A DNA stretch of 64,000 nt from Nageia nagi. Lineage: Eukaryota > Plantae > Pinophyta. The position numbers were made by a program, and so were the translations under genes. Below the pieces are notes generated by a model, which worked only from the letters and a program-made list of their open reading frames with translations, was not told the origin of the DNA and ran no database searches. The stretch is from positions 103,416,001-103,480,000 of the forward strand of contig JBITNC010000001.1 in assembly GCA_050084985.1 (NCBI GenBank), given 5' to 3'. Of this stretch, positions 39,801 through 52,262 are shown piece after piece. Positions within the stretch are counted from its first letter, which is position 1. The number at the start of each line of letters is the position of its first letter.

Positions 39801-41749
39801 GATGAAGAAAGATATCTACCCTCCATAATATGTTATAGTTATTTGGAACAATACTAACCATAGAGTAAGTATTTTCTATATCGTACTATTTTGTTAAAAA
39901 ATTAAACTCATCTTTCAAAGAAGAGATCCTAATTTCATTCATTAAAACTATATTACAAATTAAGAAAATTTTATTTTGTACTTCACTTATTTTACCTTTT
40001 ACTTCTTTTTTTTTGTACCATCATTTGATTTGTTATATGCTAGTGTTTCATTCTCAAAATGTTAACTTTTATTTAAATAATTAAGAGGTCATTTAAATAT
40101 TATGAATGCATATTATGTATTTTCATTAATCATGACTAGAATGGAGTGCATTTATTTCATCATTCCTTGATATAAAAAATAAATAATGTACGTGTGCTCA
40201 TTTTTTTTCAAAAAAAAATTATTTTCAAAATTATTTCTTCTAACATAAATTTCTATTTTGATTTCCTTTTCCTTTTTATCAACATGTATACATGGTTTCA
40301 ATATGGGTAGGTTGGTCCAACATTCTTAGTACACACCTAACCATTATAAGTTTCATGTTTATGATCTATCTTAAATTATGTTTTTAGTTTGGTGCTTCCA
40401 ACTAAATACTCTCATAGATGTCCTCCAAGATGGTATTAAAAAATGGAATTCCTTGTTCTTAATTCTAAGGTGGTGAGTAAGACTTTTATGTCTACACTAT
40501 TTTTTTCTTCTTAAGGTATTTTGGAAAAACATATAAATTCCCTTCAAGATGGTGAATATTCAATATCACCACATTCTTGTTCTTTTTCTTGTTATTTAGA
40601 TGAATAGAGTTAAATATTATAGTACAACAATTATAGAGGTGGTAAAAAATAAAATATATCTAAATCTTCAAAATTGTGGATGAAGTCAACCTACATATTT
40701 GGGTATTTTTTATTGACTCTTTCATTTCTAAATCAATATTATTCAATTACAACATATTTTAAATAGTAATTGTGATATGATGATAAATTACTAATGATAA
40801 TTTCAAATATGATATAAATAATTCTTTTTAAAATGTATAATAGTATCATATATATTTTTAAGACTCATATTTGTATCACTAAGATAGAAAACACAATCCA
40901 AAAATCAACACCACCATCATTAAGTCTCTTTTTGATAAGTAAGGGATGAGACAAGTAGTGATCAATAAAATGAGTTCTAAATCATATAATGAGGGTCATT
41001 AATGTGAATGAGATCTGTAAGGCTCTTAAGATGAATGATTTAGAGGAGCCCAAATTATAGCACAAGGTTCAATAACCCAATAACGCTATAAGGTATGAAC
41101 ATAGTCTAACCCCATAGCCTTTTTTTTGTTTAAGTGCAAATTTGTAACCACACATCATGAAAAATTTCTAACTTATTATCATGAGATAAATCCATATAGG
41201 GAGTATGCTATTTAAAAATAAATATATTATAACTTTTCTAGATGTGAAATAAGAGACTAATTCAAAATATTTACCATCCTTATTGCAAAGGAGGAGATAG
41301 AGTGAAAGTATCTCCTAAAGAGCATACTGCTAAGGAAATCTACCATGTATGAAATGGGAGAAAAGAAGAAGAAACCTAATTCCAAGCATACTTAAATTAA
41401 AATTAAAATTTCAATGATAAAAAAATATTTAAATCTTAATATTCAATGGAGAGAGAGAGAGAAGTATATCATAGAGCTAAATCCTTGAACCAAACTCTAT
41501 ATGAAATCTTTTTAAGGATTTATGTATCTACTTGGTCACACCACTTAGGACATTGTGTGAGATAATTCTTGATTGTCCATGTATTTGCAACTACTCTACC
41601 TAGGGTAGTATTATCATACCTTAGTTTAATGGTGTCCACCCATACAATAGCCTTAGTGAATATTAAAATTTCTAGAGAAGAGAATCAAACTAGCGTAGAA
41701 ACCTCACAAGTTTGTACTCAAAGTTTTTAATGAGGTAAATGTTTTATTC

Positions 41750-44700
41750 TTGAAGTTCTTATTACTTTATTCAAGTTTACCTCTACATGTAAATATTATA
41801 AAAGTAATATATTAGTAGGTTATTTCTTAGGTTTTATTCCAAATAATACTTTGATATATGTATGGATTCACCAAGTATAATAGTCTTGTAGTGTCAAACT
41901 TAAAAATATTCAAAATATAGTAAAAGGCTTTTTTTATTCCATTTCTCAAACTCCTCTCATGTCGAAAAAATACTTAAAAGAGATCCATGTTCTATTCGTA
42001 TTTTATTATTAAAATTTTAATAATATTCTTAATATTTTATGGTTAGTGATGAAGCCTCATTGGAAGTTCTTGTATGGGTTGAGTTTTTTGATCTGCTAAT
42101 TTCTATGTGGTATTATTTACAAACTCTAGTAGATCCCATAGGGAGTTTGTGTTCTCATATCCAACCAAATTTTATTCTATTTTCCCTAATAGTTATGTTT
42201 ACATTAAGGTTGATTTGTCCAAAGATATCCAAGAATTCATTGACATGAAAATTAGTGATGTTTTCATTCAACAATAAGTGGTATACATCAACTTGTTGAA
42301 CACCTATTATCATTGCTAATTACTAGAGTAAAAGATTAAGAATTTCCAACTTATGGTTGACAATTTTAAACCTTATACAACTTCTACTTGTTCCTCTAGT
42401 CCTATGACTCCTTATAAAGGAGATAAAGGAAGTTAGGAGGAGTATATCATAATTACCAACCAAAGGAATCATTAGTCTAAGAAAAAAGGGTATCCTTTGG
42501 AGCCTTTCTCTACTTCACCATTGGTTCAAGAATTTACTCTTTCTATTTTCTATAAATCCTCCATCCTTATTTACTCTTTAAGTTCAAATAGTTACCCCTA
42601 CCATGCACCCTCCATCGATAGCTCCTAGACAATGGTCTAGTACTTCACTTACTTATGTTATAACAAAGACTCATTCTCCTTCTACTCCTCATGTTTCCTC
42701 TTCTTCTAAAGAATTTGGTTCCTATATTCTTAAGAAAGCACTCCTAAATTATGCCTAAGTTTTAATAACTCTCTTTTCTCATAGCCCCTTGCTACATGGC
42801 ATGCACCTTCATCATGAGTAGTGATATCAAATGAATTTTTTAGGAGAATGGAGAGCAATTTTTTAGCATCTTGTTCAATTCCCTTGGGTATTTGTGTGAT
42901 ACAAAGGATACAATGGATATCTTGAACCTTTATGATATTTTTTTGTTATGGATTATAAGATAAATGAGAATTCCAATTTAAAAATATATGGTTTATAGTA
43001 TGTTAATAAATGCCACTTACATATATGTAAGTTTAGACTTTATTTATTTATAAGATGTTAAAATATCTGATTTCATGTTGCAAAGCACCTCTAATTTTCT
43101 TTGTCCACATAGTATTTTTCATTAAACTAGTCATTCTTTTAAAAAAAAAGTGATCACTTTCATTATGCACAAGTGGCTTACAGACATAGTGACATGGGAA
43201 GTTAACCCTTCAAATCAAGTAGTTTGGATAGTGCTAGAGATTTATGGGTAGTATTTTACTATTATCAATATTTATGCTTTGAATGATGATCCTAAAGGGT
43301 GTTCTCTTAGTAATTGCTTTCTTTTTCTATTCCAAATGTAGTCTAAGTTCTTTATAGTGATCTTAATATTATTGAAAAAGATTATGATAAAATAGGGTAG
43401 CAACCTATATGATGGAATGTTAGACAAAGAGAAGTATATTTTTTTATGAAAAATTATCTTGGGTTTTATAATCTCAATTCTTAGTTTTTTCCTTTATATT
43501 TTTCTAATTCCATATTATTTACTTGTCCAACTTCTAAGCTACATACACCAAGATTTTGAAATAACTAGACAAATCTATGCTTACTAAAATTTTAGTTTTA
43601 ATTTCAATCAATTTTTTCATCTTCTCCTTTTGTGTTTGCTATCCTTTGCACAATTTTATCTCGTCATGCTCCTATTCATTTTGATGTGATCTTAAATTGT
43701 TCTTTGTATTGTCTCTTCTATTCTTAGTTTTATTTTAATATTTCTTTTATTCAAAATTTGGTCATAAAAACTCATATACATAGAATTTAGAATCTTGTTC
43801 CTAGGCCATATAGTTCTCAATGTTGGATTTATTAGTGGAATGATGTGATATCTTACATGACCACCCTTTTGCATACTCTTGGTGTGGAAGTAGCTAAGCA
43901 TATAATACATACCAATATTTATCTTAAGGTAGAGTTGGATAAGGCCTGTATATGAATTGAAGCTTGTCCCCTTAAATCTTCTCTAAAAGGTCACATTTAT
44001 AACTTGTGTCACAAGTTTTAAAAAAATCAATCTTTATTAGGCACAAGGGGCTAAACTTTTAGACAAATTGCATTGGATTAAGATAAGGGATAAAATTTCT
44101 AAATATTTTTTCAAAGGTTGAGATATCCTCCCTAGGCCACCAAGTTTTAGGCTATTCATGTTGATGATGAATATTATACTTATCTTCTTGATATCATTAT
44201 TTCTTTTATTCATCATTATTAAAAGGTTTTTGCTTTACAAAACGTACTTTAGTTCAAAAACAAGCCTTGGCTAATTATCATATTTTTTATCTTGTATAAG
44301 ATCCCTAAATGATTGGAGTTTTGTTATAAACCCATGACTCTTAATGATCTCACACAAGCTCTTTCTTAAATGGCTAATCACAAGGCTCCTAGTTTGTATG
44401 CCTTCCTTTATGAATTATATAAAGAATTATAGGATATGGTTGGTCCAAATATTTTTAATGTCTATAAGGAAGTAATGGTTGGTATGGACCTTCTTAATGT
44501 CTACAAAGAAGCAATAAATTTTATAATATGTTATAAAATTATTACAAAAGCCTTAGGCTGAAAGATTCATCATGTCATATTTTACTTCCTCAAATTCTTT
44601 GGCCATAATATACTCCTAGCGCACTCACTTAGTAGAAAGCCTTCAAAATACATGCGAGCATGGGCTTCTTAAAAAATACCACCTCCTCTTTAAATTTATT

Positions 44701-47100
44701 AAAACTTTAATGGTAAACCCATATATAATAAATAATAACCTCTTTTTAAAACTTATCAATTTTATGGCTTTTATATACCCTTGTATAATCTTTTGTATGA
44801 ATTTTAAATATCTCTACCCCCCTCCCCTTATAAAATACTTATCAATATATTGATAGTTCAACTATATATTAAAAATACCCCCTATATGCTCTCATATGAT
44901 ATTTACCATTTCCAAGTAGTGACTTCCCTAGGAACATATTGGTTTTGTTCAAAGCATGTATATTCTTTATAATGTTATGGTACTTTGGGAAGCTATGGAG
45001 TGGGAAAGAATATCAAAATAAGATATTCTATTTATTAAAGTTGACTTTGAGAAAGAATATGACAAAACTGAATGATATTTTATACTTACCATTTCGCAGG
45101 ATCTTGGTTTTGATCCCAACTTTATAAATTCTATGAACATATTTTTAAGGATGCTTTTATTGTTCTTAAGTTGAATACTTTTCAATTTGAAGTTATTAGC
45201 CTTTTAATTTAGTGAAGTATGAATGTATTTTGGCTCCTTCTCTATTTCTTATAGCAACAAAATATTTTGGCTATTTTCTTACTCACAACAAAAATCATGA
45301 AATTATTTGTGGTATTTCTCTTCCTAATGCTCAAATTTAGTTGATCAATGGTCATTTTGTTGATGATTCCTTTTTGTCTATCTAGGAATATGAATAGTTG
45401 ATTTTGATTTCTTTATTTTACATGGATATGTTTAGCTTGGCCTCAAGTTTGAGCATTTAGTAGAAGAAAAATTCTTATTTCAAATAATATTTGAAGTCCC
45501 TTCCTATTGGCTATCTCAACACCAATGGAATTGGATTCAACTTGGTGAGATATTTAAATTATTTAGAATTCATATTTCTTTTGTGCTCAACTTTGGGATT
45601 TTGTAGTGCACAAAGTGGAGAAGAAGCTTTCCTAGTTGATTGCCAAAAATATTTCCTTACCAAGAAAGTTTCAAGTTTGTTATAAGATTTTAGCCATTAT
45701 GTATGTTTACTATTCTTGTGAGGCTTAGTCAAATACCTATTACCAAAATCTTGAAAGGCTTTTATATGATTTCTTATGGGCAAATGCTTCTTATAAGAAC
45801 AAGTTTCATACAGTGGCTTGGAAAATTTATTATCTTGACAAAAACTATAGTGGCATGGGCCTTTTTTATTATTAGTGTCAAAGACTTTCCTTGTGTACTA
45901 AGTGGATCATTTAGTCTTTGAATGGATTGGAAGTTTAGAAAGTTTTCATTTTTCATTACATATCTACAAGTCTTCCCCTTGGAATGAGGGTTTGGAGAGA
46001 GCTTAGTTTTCAAGCTCTTCTCATAACTCTTATTCATACCAAGATTAAAGGCTCATTTATAATCCAAAGTATTTGGTGAACTTAGGAAGCTTTCAAACCA
46101 TAGCTCCATTGGAAGGGAGGAGGGCATTGGAAGGGATCTTCCATTTTGACCATCAATTACTACTAGTCTCCTATAATCACTTGGCAAGTTATTCCTTTAG
46201 TTAAAATTAAGTGGATTTGTGCCCTACACTTTTATATAAAAGGAATGGATTCCATTGAAAATTTATTTTCATTTCACACCAATGGTTAGATTCCATGGGA
46301 GTCTTTCAAAGAGCTTCACAATTTGGAAGTGGAAGATAAGTACATCTATGATGTGGTGCTTGATAGTGTTCCTTTTTTCTCTATGGTAAAAAATTGCTAA
46401 ACATTTTCATACATTGTGATGGTATGATTGGAGTTGGCCCATGAATTTTCCTTTACTCTAGTATAAATCTTGTTAAGGATATTCCTGACTTTCTCCTCAT
46501 TTTCTCATGGCTTCTATTCTTGATGAGTGTTGGGATCTCATTTCTCCTCCTTTTAGGTGGATTCTTGATTTTAACATGGTTTGGAATTCTTAAATTAATT
46601 TGAAACAAGACTTTTTTTTTTGCATGGAGCATACTTTTATAGGGACTTCCTCTTGGACATACACTTAAGTCCATGTGGATTGGGGATCCTAGTTGTTTCT
46701 TTTATGGTGATCTTGAAGATTTTCCCTATTTATTTTGGTATTATAGGAAAGCCAAAGCTTCTTGATATTGGCTTGAAACCCTCTTCAGACCCATTTTGGC
46801 AAACTCTTTTTCTTAGGTGCAAGTTCCACTTGAGAATCCTCTTGAATTTTCTATGTCATTAGTTCATTTTTTAAAAAAATTTAGGATTAACATCCTCTTC
46901 CATATTTGGAAGTCTTGCAAAAAAATTATCTTTTTCCAACATGATGTTTTTGTTAGTTTTTTCTTAGTTGATAAATATATGATTTTTTATAATTATTAGT
47001 TACAAATATCTATGCAAGTAAACAAGATCTCCATGGAGTTACAACACTTGCACATCCTCACATATCATTAGGAAAGTATTTATGTGTGATTAGTAGAGTC
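41750..47100 (+). mobile_element. Near full-length degenerate L1-clade LINE (ORF1, EN, RT, zf-RVT)
   Basis: ORF1-like V.VWVEF.DL (42039-42248); endonuclease IINIYA at about 43261 and S.HAPI at about 43659; RT KAPS at about 44380, KVDFEKEYD at about 45037, HFVDDS at about 45353. Confidence 0.75.
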
Positions 47101-48105
47101 CATCATGATTCTTCCTTAAGGGAACATTATAGATCATTTAACCTTGATCATAAATAGACTCGACTCAACAGTGCCCCTCCCCCTCCTCATTTGGTGAAGG
47201 AATGAATATAATTGGTGCTAGCTCTTTCTTCCACATTAATGGATGGGATGTTCACTCGACTCCATGTGAATCCATAATGGGCTGGAGGGATTATGGTTGT
47301 ATTAATGATCTTGGTGGCAATTACCATAGTGACATTAATGACACCAGCTTCATCGTACTAATGATGAGGGGTGACATATTCCAATCCCCCTAATGAAGGG
47401 GAACACATATTGAGCTGATAAACCCAACCAATTTATCATCTAAAGTCAAAAAGTTAATGACAACTAATAGAACAAATATTCTTTTCCCATTTCCCTAATA
47501 AAAATTGGCATCGCTATCCCTTTTCTCCCACACAAAGCATGTGGGAGTAAGCTGCTCTAATCAAAGTAGCCTTCTCCCTCATAGTCCCACCAATGCGGCA
47601 AGGGGGAGCTTTTTCCGAGGCGGAGCGACACTCACCGTTCACGCGAACGGTGGCGAGAGGGGACCGTTTTGGGTCTCGAATAACCTTCGCCGACAAAACA
47701 TACAAGACCTCAGACGATTAATCATAGAAAAACACTTGCTAATCAACGAAGTAGCAGACTCTGCTCGTCCCTTCTACAAATCCCTTGTATTCTTCTAGCG
47801 ATAGATTATAAAAATTCCTGAATGGAGCCCTGATTAAAATAATGATCGGCGATGCCAAAAGGCTTAAGATCAGTGGTCGTTCCAATTACCAAAAAGGATG
47901 GCAGTTATAAAAATTCAAGAACATCACAGCATCATTATTTTTCAACTCTCCATTGCTCCACAATGGATGAATCTACAATCAATGAGGCTACTTTGAAAAC
48001 AGGAAAAAAAACATCTTGGAGAAGTTGAGAATCTTGAGATGAAGATGCCAAAACTGTCTGGGAAAAGAGTACATCTGAATACAGGCCAACAGATAGGACA
48101 TCCAA

Positions 48106-49577
48106 CTAGTTTTCAACTGTCTCTGAAAAATTGGAGAAAAATCCATCATTCTAGCTTTGAGAGATGTCACGACGCTCTTACACAGTGTTAGGTCATCCTT
48201 GAGAAATTCCTCGTAGACTTCTAAACAATATTTCTGCCTTTGCTCTGCTTCTTCCTTGCTCATCTTTCTCAAAATGGGGACAATTCTGTGCATCTGATTT
48301 GTGGGAAATTGCAGAATGCATCGATGCCACTGTATCAGAGTATCAAACGGCTTCACGTAGTTATCAGCTATGAGCACTGGAATTGTTCCTGCGCCGAGAA
48401 TCTCGATAAATCTGTAAGAATTGGGCTGAATGCCAGCAGGTGCAAGCCCAAACGTAGAGTTCATCAGATCTACATAATCCTGCCTATCATAGATGGCTTC
48501 ATCCTCAGTGCAGTTGGCCCCAGTTTGGGTTCCTTCTTCCTCCACTCATCATTCACAGGATGTCTGCAAGAAACCGCAACGATGATATCTTTACCGTTGT
48601 GCATACTTCTGAAGGAGTCATGGCTTCTGAAAAGCCCTTCACCCTCATGTCCTAAGTATCTCAGCCCCCTAAAGGTCAGAAAATATTTTCTGTCGAAAGG
48701 CTTGATTTTCTGAAACTGTGTGGGCCGAATGTAGGGTGGAAGGGTAATGCTGATGTCAAAACCTGGACGATAGATTGTTTGATGCATGTCGGTGATGAGA
48801 AGAGAAGCCATGCCTATGCTCTCCATGGGCATCCCTGTCAGTGCCCACTTATCGTGAAAGGAGATCAAAACATGGTTTAATCCACCATTCCAGTAAGGAA
48901 GCGTGCTGGGAGGCGCTGGTGGTGGATTGTGATATGGATCCAGGAGGTCCATATACACGAAAAACAAGCAGGCCTTGTTGGGATCCTTGGTGAACCATTT
49001 CGTTGAGTTTATCCATTGAAAGTACCTGAAAACACACAAAATATAACTCCAATGTTTCAATCAAAACCGTCTTTTTTCAAATAACGACCTCCCAAACTCG
49101 GAACAAAAAACAATTTTACCAGAATCTCCGAAATGGTAGATCATAAACGAAGATCTTGATGTCATCCATGTTTTCACATCGGGAGTAATTGAAGCACACA
49201 TCCATCGAACACAGCGGAAACAATGCTGGATAATGCCAGACCGTATTTTCTTTGTACCATGGGCCTTCTCGTTCGCATGGCTTCTCTATCACCTTTTCCT
49301 TCACTATAATTTGTGGTGTTGTAATATTAGGGGACGTGGGCGGACAAGAAGATTGAGAAACACATAGAGTGCAATTGCAGGTCTTTGCACCTCCGATTGA
49401 GAAGCTTCCATTACGCGATCTGCAATAGTCGTCAGTGTTCACCAGTTTGTGGAAAGAGTTTACGATTGACGGTCGGTTATCCACGAAAAATATGACGTCC
49501 AAGCTGAAAACGCTAACAACTATAACAACGATGACGAAGGGCGTGAGAATGGAACAAATTTTTCCTCCGACTGACAT
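48106..49577 (-). CDS. EXT1-like GT47 glycosyltransferase, copy B; exons 49577-49120 and 49025-48106; two apparent -1 frameshifts (459 aa if corrected)
   Basis: Paralogue of copy A (roughly 75-80% aa identity by eye). 94-bp GT-AG intron at the identical codon. Missing single G at 48518-48521 and at 48143-48144; restoring both aligns the stop with copy A. Confidence 0.85.
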
Positions 49578-51994
49578 TATCGCAGCTTCTGCTTGACAAA
49601 CTTTACATACATAAGCAATAAAACTACTTGAGAGGGGGGGCGTTGAAGATCTTAGCAAATGGAATCGAAGAGTTTCCTTATGGACTGGCATGTCAGAGAA
49701 ATACATAAATTAAGGCGAGGATTATAAATGTGGAAAGTCCAAAGGCAAGGAATTACAGCTCCCAAAAGCGCAATCGACAGAGCCTCGGAAGATTCCCATC
49801 ATCCCATGAAGGTCAGTTGGTAAAAGCCATGTACATAGATGGAAAATTAATCTAATATTAGGGGGGTAAATCTTTAGTGAAGAGCAAAGTAACGTATTGT
49901 AATACTATAATTTTAAGTTAGGAGATAGTGTATGAGATTGCGAAATAAGAAGAATAGAATTTTGAAGTGTTGGTCACGAGTAAAGTAATTTGTAAGCGTA
50001 GGATATGATGTAATTATATTTTTTTGTGTTATGGAAATAGTAATAGACATAAGTAGTACAAATTCTGTGTGAGTGCAAGGATGGACATAGTCATGAGATT
50101 TGCAGTCCCCAAAGTCACAAAAGTAAAATATGTTACGAAACATATTTAATGCTAATCACAAGGGAGGACATGAACATAGTTGATATGGATGCTTATGCTT
50201 GTAAACATGATATAATGAGAAGCAACAAAATTGGGTTGCCATATAGGATAAGATACATGCATTAGATGTGTGGGTGCTTGAGGTTGTAATAGCTAAAACG
50301 AAGGAGCTAGTCTAGGTGGGAAAAAGTTATCCGTCATGTGTACTATTCAGGTTCAACCTCACAAAGTACACTCTAAAAGCAAAAGTGTTTGACTGTCAAG
50401 GATAGGCATTGTAGATAATCAAGATGTTCTATAAGATTAATTATCAAGGTCAAACAACAACATACATGATCGTTAACTTCCATGATCTAGGTGCTTACCT
50501 CAAAGTGTTTGTCACACTTGATAATAGAATACAAAAATGTAAAGATCAAGTCCACCAACTTACTTTCATAGATATGTAATCCAACCATTAGAGTGGCTTC
50601 TAGAAGTAGATGTGTGTATGTATGATGTGATGTCAACAATTATGGATAGAAAGCTACAATTAATTTCTATAAGTTAATATAAAGTCCTCTAACATCCAAA
50701 TATGAAGTGATATAAGGATAAAATTGATAGATCAAAGTTAAGTGTATATGTGATATAGGTTGAGGAGAAGATATTTTAGAGAAGAGAGTTGGAGAGAAAT
50801 GTGAAATTAAGATTCAAGTAAACTTTTAATTGTAATTGGAACCTATATGATGCCTATAGACATTTGTTTAGATGGGTGACATGAGAGGATTGAGGACCCT
50901 CCACTTTTAACTAAAATTTTCTTGCATCATATCTTATAATTAACGTAATTTGAATTTATAGCATAATTTTGAAGACAATATAAATAAATTATATTGTATT
51001 CTCTTTGATAAATTAATATAAAATTTAAACTTTTGTTAGGTTGCATATATTATTTATCTATTTATTCAATATATTATCTTAATAAGCCACTTAAGCATGA
51101 ATACTAATTATCATATAGCACTTTAATGTTAGGCCATATAAACATGATTATGATGATACCTTAATTAATGTTTGCAAGAAAAAAAAATCATATACTATAT
51201 CCTCTTATCTCACCTTGTGATTATGATCCCTTTGTTATAAATTTCATGAGGCAATTTAGAATTATGACTATCCACATCAATGTGATATAGCTCATAAAAC
51301 TAATTGAAGTTGAACTCCAAATTATTTGTATATAAATAAAATTTACCTTATTCCTCTATAGTGGCTTGGCATCAAGGTATAGATCAAAAGAAAAATTATA
51401 TTACCTCACCTACTTTATGCTAGGTGTTACCAAATCATATGAATGATCTTTGGGTAAGATAAATAAGGAATGTAGAGGTTGAGTGAAAGGTTCACCACTC
51501 ATATGAGGAAGAGAAGGTACTTAGAATACTTAAATTGTACAAATATAAGAGGGAAATTGGGGATTCTAAACTTTCATGGAGGAATTAGAAATTGCCCAAA
51601 GTAGAAGAAGGGGAACTATAGAATGTGACCCTAATGATACTAAAGAATAAGTTAGTGAGAAAGAAAAATATAAAGAGAGGGTGGTTTGGGCTTCTACAAA
51701 TCCTAAAATTAAACTCAAGATACACATGCCTAACTATGTAGGAATCTTACATAGAGAGGAGTTGATAGACTTGATCTCACAACTAGAAAAATAGAAGTTG
51801 AGAATCTTAACAGAGCTAAGATAGTTGATACAAGGATGAAATAACATGTATCCTCATGGTGGGATCAAGTTCAAAAGGAACGAATATATGAATGTAAGAA
51901 GAAGATCAAGTCCTAAGATAAGATGGTGGAAAAAGAAAAAAAAATTACAAGTACATAAATCCCTCATGCTATTTATAAAGTTATGGAATCTCCC

Positions 51995-52262
51995 TGTTAA
52001 GATCTTGGGTGTGTGGATTCACTAATAGGTCGACCTTTTGGTGTAATGGTTCATAACATTTGGTATCAGAGCAGGCCATACGTCCCAAGTTTGAATCCCC
52101 AGAAAGGGCTACTGTGGAAAGGGCTACCTAGAGAAGACTAGAGTGAGAGCTGCCACAAGTGAGAGCCACCGTGGACGTCGGATGCGGAGCATGGTGGAAT
52201 GTTAAGATCTTGGGTGTGTGGATTCACTAAAAGTCGACCTTTTGGTGTAATGGTTCATAACA
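51995..52262 (+). mobile_element. TRIM (terminal-repeat retrotransposon in miniature), 268 bp
   Basis: LTRs 51995-52058 and 52200-52262 (TGTTAA...ATAACA; 1 indel and 1 substitution); TSD CTCCC at 51990-51994 and 52263-52267; PBS TGGTATCAGAGC at 52061; purine-rich GGAGCATGGTGGAA before the 3' LTR. Confidence 0.97.
52032..52110 (+). ncRNA. tRNA-like / Pol III promoter module inside the TRIM (not a functional tRNA)
   Basis: A box TGGTGTAATGG (52039-52049); B box GTTTGAATCC (52089-52098); acceptor-like stem GACCTTT/AAAGGGC; D-stem GTGT/ACAT; T-stem poorly paired. Confidence 0.6.

Noticed and set aside
44576-44930. Insertion within the LINE RT as a MITE or solo LTR
   Set aside because: It interrupts the RT, but convincing termini or a TSD could not be defined.
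47988-48105. Extended hydrophobic C-terminus of ORF 47988-48545
   Set aside because: Caused by the -1 shift at 48143; the paralogue-aligned stop is at 48106-48108.
49578-49706. Upstream ATG giving copy B a 43-aa N-terminal extension
   Set aside because: Similarity with copy A centres on the ATAATGTC start at 49577; the extension is probably 5' UTR, though this is unproven.
52032-52110. Functional tRNA gene
   Set aside because: 10-nt anticodon-like loop, unpaired T-stem and location inside a TRIM; treated as a tRNA-like promoter module instead.
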